NCBI RefSeq assembly: GCF_009914755.1 | Contig: NC_060925.1 | From: the human T2T-CHM13v2.0 reference genome, Homo sapiens | DNA: 64,000 nucleotides | Direction: 5' to 3' (one strand) | In this document: one piece after another, positions 40,715-54,073 of the stretch | How positions within the stretch are numbered: position 1 is the stretch's first letter | Layout: every line of letters begins with the position of its first letter | The notes under the pieces: model-generated | What the model was told of the DNA's origin: nothing | Seen by the model: only the letters and a program-made list of their open reading frames with translations | Database searches by the model: none | Program-made: the position numbers and the translations under genes

Positions 40715-41273
40715 TCACTGATTTGGCAAATAAGTGTTGATTGTTCAGAACTATGATAGACATTAAAATACAAAAAAGAGTAAGAATGTCCTTCCTCATG
40801 AAGCCAAAAATGGGAAAGACAGTAAACAAAGATATAAAACAATTATAGACAATAGTTCTGTGAAGAAATTCTTCTTGGTGCTGGGCCAATGAAGGAGGGA
40901 AAACCCAACTCAGATAGAAGAAGCCTCTCTAAAAACGTGTCATTTACACTGTGACATAAAACCTTCAAAGAGAAGGGGCCAGTCATGTGAAGATCGTGAA
41001 CAATCCAGGAAGAGCACCAGCAAAGTAAATGACTCAGAGGTGGGAGAAAGTGTGTGGCGTGTTCTAGGAGCTGGTAGACAGCTGACACGTCCACAGTAAA
41101 ATGGAAGACAGAGGAGGTTGGAGGGGCCAGGACATGCATGGAAAAGCCAAAGACAAGCTTCCAGCTGGGGAGTGCACAGTGTGAGATGAACTGTTAGAGG
41201 ATACTTTGGCTGCTCTATGGAAATAGATTGCAGGAAGGCAAGAGCAGGAAAGGGAGACCTGATTAGTTAGTAA
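40715..41273 (+). mobile_element. L2 LINE remnant, continuing after the LTR at 42221
   Basis: ttcactgatttggcaaataagtgttga...ctttggctgctctatggaaatagattg...gagacctgattag. Confidence 0.65.
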
Positions 41274-43900
<2,627 letters not shown>

Positions 43901-44462
43901 GGTTCAAATGGATAATGACATGTACATTTTCAGAACCAATGTACAAGGTATTCTGCTCAGTACTGAAAAGGATCCACAGATAAATACGGCCAGCCTTCTG
44001 AGGAAGTAAGCAGAACCCCAAACAAATAAAACAACCTACAGGTGTTCCTTAATTAAAAATACTGGAACATATACACTATCTATATCTGTACTTCCAGCAA
44101 GAGGACATTTTATGTATGCAGCATTTTCAGTTAAATAAAACATTTAACTGAATGTTAAATTCAGTTAAAATATTTCAATATATTAATTGTAAAAGGTAGT
44201 ATGGCTCAACTATAAACATATATAATGTATTCCTTATAATCACTAGTAATAACTAAGTGGTTAGTCACAATGATTTACTAGGCCCCATGCAGAATCTTAT
44301 TAAGAATTAGAAATAATATAAAAATATAAAAAGCAATATTAACCAAAAGAAATAGAAGAACAGGAACACTATTTTAAGAGTAAAAGAACCCACAGATGCT
44401 GAAGAAGGTAAGAAATCTAGGGTCCCATTATTCGAAATGAGGTGATCCCATATGTCTCTAAA

Positions 44463-44682
44463 CTAAAAGTCAGTAAACTACCACAGGTGGTCCAAGTCTG
44501 TCTTAACATTTTGTAAATAAAGTTTTATTGGAACAAAGCCATGCTCACTCACTTATGTGCTGTCTATGGCTGCCTTTCTACCACAATAATAAATGTGAGT
44601 AGCTGCAGCAGATACTATATGGCCGAACAAGCCTAAAATAGTTCCTTTCTTATCTTTTACAGAGAATGTCTGCTGACCCTTG
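44463..44682. mobile_element. MER58A (hAT-Charlie)
   Basis: ttttgtaaataaagttttattggaacaaagccatgctcactc...aagcctaaaata...tgctgacccttg. Confidence 0.88.
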
Positions 44683-45338
44683 ATCTAGATTATATGCAAA
44701 CAGGGGCTGCCACATACAGATAGGTTGGTCTAAAATGACTGTGTAGCAAGTATCATCACACTTATGGGTCTTTATTGCATATGCTTGTACCTTTTCTACA
44801 GGTTTTAATTTGTTTAATAAAATCATGGAATGCAGAAACAAAGAGAAAAAAGATAAAAACAAAAATGAGAATCTATATGATTACCCTTTACCAAATATTT
44901 GGATTAATGTCAAAGATAGTACCCTCGCGGGAAAAAAAAAAACTGCCTAAGCCTATTCCTCCTTAACAAATTTAAGAGGAAGGAAATGTAGGCAGGCTCA
45001 TGATAGAGAAAAATCTACTACTTTCTCATTCCCATATGAAGTAATGATTATAACCACTCTCCTACATAAATATTCTGTCAAACTGGTCTACTCCCCTACC
45101 TGCAAATGCTTTGACCTTTCCTACCCCAATGCCTCTGCCCAAATAAAATCCTCTGCTTTCCATCAAAATAAAATAGCCTCTCACAAAATATCTGCCTATC
45201 CAAATCTGTCACCTTTCAAAGCTCAGCTTAAAAGTCACTTCCTACTTGAATTTCTTCCTGCTTATTCAGGCCAAAGCTGACCCTCACTTTTGGATTTATC
45301 TGGACAAATCAGGTTATTATGTCTGACACTGTCAAGAC

Positions 45339-45742
45339 ACTTACCAAATACTGCCTTACAATGTTGTAAATTTATCTACACATTTACTATATTGTAAATC
45401 CCTATCTATACAGTTAGGTTATAGGCAACCTGGAGGAAAGGAATCATTTCTTATAATCCTTTATCCCCTTCAGCAACAGTAATAGATGAGAATGCACAGA
45501 GAGGCATATGTACTCTTAATGAAATGCGGAATCAACAATAACAAGGTCTCCACTTGTACAAGTTTATCTTGTTATTGTCTTAAGGTTAGTAGATTTAACT
45601 TAAGGAGCTAAATCTACTAACTTCTACTACTTACCAAATACTGCCTTGCAATGTTGTAAATTTGTCTACACATTTACTATATTGTAAATCCCTATCTACA
45701 CGATTAGGTTATAATAGGCAAGCTGGAGGAAAAGAATCATTT
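45339..45742 (+). repeat. Direct duplication of about 111 bp (45339-45449 and 45629-45742)
   Basis: Two copies of acttaccaaatactgcctt...gaatcattt; about 7 substitutions and one 3-nt indel. Confidence 0.95.
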
Positions 45743-45849
45743 GCTCCATTACGCTACTTGCTATGCAGATTTGAAACCTGTAAGATTGAAAATTCTTATT
45801 TAACTGTAAGTTATAACTCACATTTCTAAGGTTGAATATTTGTTTCTCT

Positions 45850-46010
45850 TTACCTCATTGCTTACTAGCCTTAGGGAGTCATCAACCCTTCCAAGTTGAG
45901 CTTTATATTTGTAAACAGCGATAATAAGAATATGAGCCCTCCTGCATTATAGTTCACAGTAGAGCTCAATGCAATAAAGTAAGTGTCGTTTTTGGAAAAA
46001 ATGAAAATTG
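45850..46010 (+). mobile_element. MIR remnant
   Basis: attgcttactagccttagggagtcatcaacc...tttgtaaacagcgataataa. Confidence 0.5.
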
Positions 46011-46899
46011 CCACAAAAGGTATGAGGTCATACTTTCATTACTGCTCTAGTGTACTGCAGTTCACTGGCAGACAGTTGGCAAACTGATGAACTTCCAATG
46101 TTAGCGAAAGTCAAGGGCTATTCCAGGCACTTAAGCTTCATGATACTCAACAGACAGGTCAACTGATCATTACAGCCAAAGTGCTCTCACAAAAGGCCCT
46201 GTTACAGAGGCTACGAAGGTGAAGTCTTCGAACTCCTGTCTGCAGTAATCAAATTGATTTTGCTTATAGAATCTGAAACCAGTATTAATGTAAAGAAAGA
46301 AACAAACGGAAAATAAAGGGTGTAATGTCAGCCCGAGTCTATATTTTTTAAAGCAGATAAACAGCTTAATATCTAAGCACTAAATATTATCACTTGTTTC
46401 AGTTTTTTATATTAAAAAGATAATATTTTAATAGTATCTACCATTTGCTGTATAAATCTTATAAAAATATTTAGTAAAAAAATATGAATGACCTAAAAGT
46501 TAGTATGCTGTAATAGTTTCTCATACTTTCTTTCATGTATTTTTTGTCTTCTCCACAAAATTTTAATATGCATGTATTTTTAGTTTTATCTACCTGTTTT
46601 CTACCCTGAACTACCTATGACGACATTCAGTCAAGGGTCCTCTGAGCTAAATAAAATTTTCTGTGACTAAGCCAGACAGAGGTAACATGAAAGAACTACT
46701 TACTACTATTAAGGAATGGAAAGGACAGCACTATTTGACACTTAGTTCTTCCCTTCTCTCAAATCCCTCTTCCTTCCTTATTCTCCAGGTGTGAGTTTAA
46801 AGAACAACTTACAAATGAGGTCACTGTTCCTTGTACTTCACATTTTCAAACTCTCATCACACTCATCAGGGTGTATCTCTCCCACCTAGATCCTATGAA

Positions 46900-47560
46900 G
46901 AAATGTGAGTGGGATATAGTTCATTTAGATGGATTTATAACTGGCTGAAATATCACACCCAAGAAACAGTGATTAACAATTGATTGATACAAGGAGAGAA
47001 AACTCTAGGAAGTAGATTAGCATTGCCCCAGCTGCCCAAGTCAGACATGATCAAAGAACTCATTTAACTCGATCAAGGACCTGGCCACAGAATCCTTTCC
47101 AATAATGTTCCAGAAAGCTATTACCAACAAATAGCATTGGCAGATGACATCAAACATATCTGAAGTTCCTGGATTAGGTTTTCTGAGGAATTATGTCCTT
47201 GCTTTTATCCAATTTGAGGTTTTTTAACCATTGATTTTATTTGAAACAGTCTTATTTCTGTGAGTGATTAAAATTTTTAATAAAGGACCTTATGAGAAGT
47301 CAGAATCAAAATTCAAATGGGAGCTAAAATATTTTATTAGTATCTTGAATTTATTTCATACTAGTTAATGGTCAATTCCTATTCTAGACCAACTAGAGGC
47401 TTGAGAATTACTTGGAAGGGCCTATCAACTATACATCCACCCACAGATGATCTGGGACATGGGAGTCAAGACCAGACTCAACACACCCCAAGACATGCAG
47501 TCACAAAATTGCTAAGCATTCTGGGCAGCATTCTGGATACTCCTGAATCAAGACAGTTTT
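46900..47560 (+). mobile_element. Possible L3/CR1 LINE remnant
   Basis: tagatggatttataactggctgaa...cacccaagaaacagtgattaac resembles CR1 RT-region text. Confidence 0.4.
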
Positions 47561-47842
47561 GGTGAGTGAATTTGAAGGGCTAAATAGTACACAGCGAGAT
47601 TCATTCTGGCATTTAGCTCCTCTCTGGAACATCTGGTGCTCAGACATCAGTTAAAAAGCTCTCTCTGGGTGGCTCTCTTTACCTGTTCTTGCGTTAAATA
47701 TCGAGGAAGAAGAGTCAAGTTGTTTCTGCCTTTCAAGCGTACAAGATTCAGTGATATAAAGGGCACTTACCACCTGAAAAAAGACCTAGGCTGTAAGGCA
47801 GAAGGCCTGAGGTCTAGGCCTGGCTTATCCTCTAACATAGTG

Positions 47843-48352
47843 AGTATATTAGTTTTCTATACTGCTGTAACAAATTACCACAAATGTATGGCCTAAATCA
47901 ACTCTTATTATCTTATATTTCTGTAAGTCAGAAAATCAACATGCATCTCACTTAAGCCAGTGAGACGCATGTTGAATTTTTGACTTACAAAAATCACGGG
48001 GTTGGCAGGGTAGTATCCCTTTCTGGAGATTCTATCGGATAATTCTTTTCTATGCCTGTTCCACCTTCCAGAGACTGCCCACAATCCAGATATTATGGAC
48101 ACATAGCCCTCTTCCTCCATCTTCAAAGCCTGCAGTGGAGCATCTCTCTCCAAGCCAGTTGGAAAAGGTTCTCTGCTTTTCAGGACCCATATGATTACAT
48201 TGGGCCCACCCAGATAATCCAAGATAATCTACTCATCTCAAGGTCCTTGTCTTTATCACATCTGCAAAGTCCTTTTTGCCATGTAAGGTAACATATTCAT
48301 CAGTTTCAAGGTTAAGATATGGACATCTTAGGGAGGCCATTATCCTGTCTAC
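47843..48352 (-). mobile_element. MaLR solo LTR (MLT1D-like) splitting a MIR
   Basis: tattagttttctatactgctgtaacaaattaccaca...gattacattgggcccacccagataatccaagataatct...atctgcaaagtccttttt. Confidence 0.9.
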
Positions 48353-49681
48353 AAATGATCAATCTTGAAAACATCAACTTACCTCTGTGATAACACCTGC
48401 AAAATGAGAAGTCTGAACTACATCATTTGCAAAGCCCCTTTCAGCCCTATTTTATGCAGGTGAGTAAATGTCAAGAATTCTAACAAGAAGCTTCTCACAT
48501 AACAAATTACGGATGCTGGAAAGCAGCATGCACACTCTGCTTTCCTTTCCAGCCATGTAAATTGGTCCATTTGCCATGATGAGCCAATTACACAGAGAGA
48601 TGTTAGTAAAATAAACTAAATGATTTGTGAAAAGAATTACAATAGGACAATTACAAATCTACTGCTAGTCTCCAGAGCAAATGAAAGGGGATGATAGTGC
48701 TGCTTACTACAGCACTATTGTATTTTAAATCTGGGTTGACTCACTGTATGATATTGTTAAAGTCAAACAATTGTCCCTCAACCATCTGTTCCCCTGATTT
48801 ATATAGCTTTTATGTGGGCTCCTCTCCTAGCTGCATTCTGTCAGCAAGCCATGTAAAAATACAAAGTCATTACCATGCTCTACATTAAAGTGTATTAGAA
48901 TTAATTCTGAACATAAAACCTAGGAGATTAAAGTTTATTTATACCAACTCATTTTTACTTCAAGCATAAAGTACACCATTAAGTACTAACAGTATTTTAG
49001 TTTCTGTGTGGGCACTTCCTTTGCACAGACCACAGTCCTGTACAGTATTTCCTGTAAAATAACCACAGTATTTTTTTTCTCATAATGGGGGCATTTGGCA
49101 GCTGCAGTCACAAGTAGCTTAACAAAGTTGACTTTATTTACTTTAGCCTAAGACATCCACCTAGAAACTCAAATGCATATATGAGAACTAAAAAATGTGA
49201 AACTTCAATTTTTAAATCTTAAAAACAATATTTACAATGTCAGTCTAGCTTACATTGCTTTTAATTATGGAACATGTTCAATGTCAAAAGAGATCGCAGA
49301 TTTGCTCCATATCATTTAATCAGAACAAACAAGGAGCCTTTCATACATCCCTTTGGAATGATTTTTCCCACAAGCAACCGAGAGATAAGATATCTGCTAT
49401 TTTACTCAGTATATACAAGTTTTATTTCATTTAAAGAACTAAATTTAAGTGAAACAGTATATAGAAGCACTCCATGTTAATGAGCAAAACTACTTAAAAC
49501 TCCTTAACCAAAGATTTAGATTCCCCTTTGAAGAAAAGTTCCTTTCACCTTTTAAAATTCAGCAGGCTTTAAAGGCCATTGTCAGAAAAGTCTGAGAACC
49601 AGAAAACAGGTTCTAGAAACTATGAGTTTCTCATGCACATAAGATCATGCACTATTTAGTGAATAAGACATAATTACACAC

Positions 49682-50344
49682 TTTTTTTTTTTTTGAGACA
49701 AAGTCTTGCTCTATCACCCAGGGTGGAGGGCAGTGATGCAATCATAGCCCACTACAGCCTCCAGTTCCTGGCCTCAAGAGATCCTCGTGCCTCAGCCTCC
49801 TGAGAAGCTGGGACTACAGGCATGGACCACCAAGATCAGCCAATTTGTTTTAAAATTTTTTGTAGAGATGGGTCTCACTATTGTGGAGTCCTGATAATGT
49901 AAGTAAGCAAAAATGAGGTAGGGGTTCCAGGTGGGGGAGAACAATTGCTCTGAGAGACAACTTATCACAAACAACCCGCTGGCACAACTACCTCTCACTT
50001 CACAGGTAGCCCCAGCAGCATGACCTCATTCTGCACATAGCCCCCTCCAGCATGACCCTATAAAACATCCCTCCAGCCCCTGCCTCTTTGCAGACATCCC
50101 CTTCTCTGCTGTGCTGCCTGTCACACCCTTCCAACATATCTTTGCTCATTCTCTAATAAATCTGCCTTTCTTTACCTACGATTGTCTTGGTAAATTCTTT
50201 ACCATCTGCAATGCTGGCCCCAGGCAATCACAGGGTGACAACTATGTTACCAGGCTGGCCTTGAAATCCTGGCTTCAAGCAATCCTCCTACCTTGGGAGG
50301 ATCCCAAAGTACTGGGATTACAAGTGTGAGCCACCGCAGCTGGC
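49682..50344 (-). mobile_element. AluJ SINE split by an LTR insertion
   Basis: Alu right arm and linker 49682-49881; left arm resumes at 50241 (actatgttaccaggctgg...gtgtgagccaccgc). Confidence 0.93.
49882..50240 (+). mobile_element. ERV1 solo LTR (MER83-like) inserted in AluJ
   Basis: TG...CA termini; TSD ACTAT (49877-49881; 50241-50245); CCTATAAAA and AATAAA motifs. Confidence 0.88.
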
Positions 50345-50498
50345 TTATAAAAATTAAGTTTAATTTGTATATCGTGTTATATCTGTATTAGTTTAAAACT
50401 AGCTGATTATTCCAAAACTTGTGATAGTGACTTCCACTTAAAATCTTCACTCACTATAAGTAAAGCTCAGATGTGGGGAATAACCACAAATACTTCTA

Positions 50499-50580
50499 CA
50501 GGTTGAGTATCCCTTATCTGAAATGCTTGGGACCAGAAGTGTTTTAGATTCCAGATTTTCTATTTCAGATGCTCAACCAG
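50499..50580. mobile_element. Miniature Tigger4/MER46-type element (82 bp)
   Basis: TA-CAGGTTGAGTATCC...GATGCTCAACCAG-TA: both TIRs and TA TSD. Confidence 0.8.
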
Positions 50581-52553
50581 TAATAAGATCTTGCTAAAAC
50601 AGTAGGTAAATGATAGCAAAAATTTTCGGGTTTTGTGAGTTTAAAAAAAAAAGAATATTAGGACTTTTCAGTATAGTCTTTTAAATTGTTTTTATAAACA
50701 ATACATGAAAAAATATGTGGAAAATACTTTAAAATAATATATGACATATATCTCTATACAATAATACCAATTTGATATTACCAACTCAAGGTTAATGGAA
50801 CTGAGTGAATTAAAACTGTTTTCGTGTCATTTCAGAAAAGAAAAGGCTATCAAAATTGACAGGGAAATGCAAAATGAGCAAAGATAAGCATAGTTTTACA
50901 GGCAAATTCAAATAAGTAGAAATTTTTCTTCCATATATATTGCAATGTTTATTCCCAATATTATTCTCTGGAATGATCTTTTCTCTCCTCACAATTCATA
51001 TTTAACCTTAATAGTTCATCTCAAGCTTTACTTCATCTTTAATCTCTTAACTAGTTTTCTCTCCATTGATTTTCTGCCCTTTTGTTCATGTTGCTCATTT
51101 GAGTATTTGGATATATCCTTCCTTGCACATTTATGAGTATATTTTATCCACAATGAGAATGTACACTTGTTCAGAGCAGAGCTTATGTTTTAAACCTCTA
51201 TTTTTGGGATATTCTGGCTCCCAGCATCATGCTAGTATATAATAGACTCAATATACACTTAATAGCTTTACATTCGTTTTAGACATATTCTCATGTAACC
51301 ATAGTAAAAACCAGAATTTTTTTCCACAATTCAGTAGAAAGGTTCTGCTGAGATTAGGTATGTAAAATTGCACCACATTTGGAAAAGCTCCTTGAGGAAT
51401 CTTGACCAGTCACTGATACAGAACCTAAACCACAGCCTTGCCTACAACATCTATTCAACCCATAAGAACTTACTGAATTGGATCACAGGATTGACTTAAA
51501 ACAACAAGATGAGCATGAGCTTGGAAGCAAATGCAATCATCCAGGTGTGAAGTAAAGTCAGTCTCATCTGGCAAGTAACCATGGAAGTGGCAGTGAAGGG
51601 ATGGCAAGGACTTGGCAGCCATGGGGACTGATCTGGTTATAAGAGCAACACAAACATGGCCAGGGAAACGTTGCTAATGATCTAATGGACTAATGGACCT
51701 TAGTTCTCTCCTCTTGGAAATTAGAAGATGGTAATTAAAGATGTCTCTCTCCTTCAGCTTCTAAATATAATGCCGGAGGAAGCATATAGACTCACTGTGA
51801 ACAAGCAGGTGCCTGGAGAGTCAGCAAATGCATCGGCAGAGCAGTTACAATGATAAGAACAGGAAGAACCTTCGAAAATGTTTGGAATTCGTGGACCGGG
51901 TCTTTAACAGTCTGAACAATGACCTGCGAGTCTCACAGCAATCCAAAAGGCAGTCCCACTGACTGCCTTCTATTTCTTCATGGCAGCATTTTCAAAATCA
52001 TCATTTTCATTTCTATCTGAGTCTTTTATAAAATAATTTAAAACACAAACTCCAAATTACTAAAGCTTATTTTTTAATTTATGAACTCTTCCAACTGTCT
52101 AATATCCAGGATGTAGTATAATAGGTGTCTTTAACACCTCGGTAGAAATGGCTCCCCTTGTGTCTACCTTGCAATTAATTTATGTTTTCCAAAGTGTTGA
52201 TGCTTCAATATTCATATTTAAGCTATGGAAATTTTAAAAACAGTAACGCTGTAGAAAATGTAAGCCATTGATTACATTGTACAAAATGTAAACTGCTGAA
52301 TCATAAGTTAGGAAGAGCAAATAACATACACACATTGTTAATTGAATGCATTCATGCTAGAAAAAGGTCTATGATTCAAAGAACCATACTATTCTATTTT
52401 GTGTGCTTGGAATTTTCACTATCAAAAGTTTTAAAAAGTTTGATATAACAGTGAAAATCTAATGAGAAATACATGATTTTTTTCGCAACTAGAAAATCAT
52501 AGCAAAAAATCATAAAGATAAAATAATTATGAAGATCAAGCATTAACATTTAC

Positions 52554-52918
52554 ATTAAGCTTAGCGAGGAAGGCATGTCAAAAGCTGAGGCAAGTCAAAA
52601 ACTAGGCCTCTTGTGCCAGTTAGACAAGTAGTGAATGTAAAGGAAAAGTTATTGAAGGAAATTAAAGCTGCTACTCCAGTAAATACACAAATGATAAGAA
52701 AGTGAAACAGCTTTATTACTGACACAGTGAAAGTTTTCGTGGTCTGGATAGATCAGATCAGCCACAACATTCCCTTAAGCCAAAACATAACTCAAGGCCC
52801 TAACTCTCTTCCATTCTGTGAAGGCTGAGAAAGGTGAGGAAACTGTAGAAGAAAAGTTTGAAGCTAACAGAGGTTGGTTCATAAGGTTTTAAGAAAGAAG
52901 TCATCTTCATAACATAAT
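52554..52918 (+). mobile_element. Tigger1 internal fragment (CENP-B-like HTH transposase region, disrupted)
   Basis: aagcttagcgaggaaggcatgtcaaaagctgag...gaagaaaagtttgaagctaacagaggttggttcat matches Tigger1 transposase. Confidence 0.9.
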
Positions 52919-53959
52919 TTTAAAATGATGTTAGACCAATCCTTTTTAAAGAAAATATTATCACGTATTTGTTCAAATCTCTCTTCTATACTTTTTCACT
53001 TATAACTGAGACTAACAAAATTTTAGAAATTTTTTTTTCTAATTTTTACTTATGTATGTCTATACTTACCTACAACATTCTAGGTTTATCTTTTCCAAAA
53101 GTTCATACTCTTTTTCAAGGGATGAGTTCTGAATATTCAGGAATCAATTATACAGTGTGTTTATGACGTGTGGTCAGTGCCTATTTCACTCCCTGTAACC
53201 CCACCAAGCAATAGTGAAATGTTCTTGTTATTGTGAAGCTAGCAAAGGTCTAGGGAGTCACTTGGATGACAAGGGTGGCTTCAAAAATGGTGCTAAAATT
53301 ATTACATGAATCGTAATTAATAATTCCATTCAAGTTCTTCCTTGACTACTACAAGTAATCAAGCACTAGCCATGGCAATGCTTACTCGCATGCAATTTTG
53401 TTCACAGTGTCCACTCCTTAGGTTCATTGCTCACATGAGACAGTATCAGATCTCAATAAACCATAACATACTTTTAGTTCTTTTTCAAAAGTAAAACACT
53501 TTCACTCACTTTAAGATATTTAGAAACTATAGAGAACTGTAAAGCAGAACCAGGTGTTTTAACTACAGTCAACAATTTGCTGTAAATAATTCTTGTTTTC
53601 TCATTATGCAATTTTGTGTGGCCATATATAAACCCATTTTACATTTAAAAATTGCACCCTTATGGACACACACAGAAGAAACATCTCTTAAAGGGAAATA
53701 AATGCATGATACACCCGTAAATTATTCCAAAACCACATATACCTGTTCTGAATGTCTTTAGTACCCAATGTCTCTGCTGTTGTCAAGTCATAAATTAGCC
53801 CCCTTCAGGATTAGCTCTCATAACTCTTAAACCACTGGGCCCCATGCAGTGCTCTAAGGCAGGAATTTTAAAAATGTTCCATTGCATAAAATCAGTAAGG
53901 ACACAGGAAAATAACTACAGGAAATTGGAATATTCAATTGACAATCTGGAGTACTGTCA

Positions 53960-54073
53960 ATTAGATCAAGTTATTTGATAACTCTACACAATAGCAGAAT
54001 ACGCATTCTGATCAAGCTCACATGGAATAGTCATCATGACAGACCACATTCCAGGCCACAAAACATACCTTAA
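53960..54073 (+). mobile_element. Old L1M ORF2 fragment, 5' part of the element split by the younger L1
   Basis: aatagcagaatacgcattctgatcaagctcacatggaa...gaccacattccaggccacaaaacataccttaa; continues at 58783. Confidence 0.85.

Noticed and set aside
45339-45742. CRISPR-like repeat-spacer interpretation of the duplications
   Set aside because: Only two long copies, mammalian context, no cas genes
48383-48396. 14-nt pseudo-exon TTTTGCAG|...GAG|GTAAGT on the minus strand
   Set aside because: Both sites derive from the MIR core, where such motifs are common
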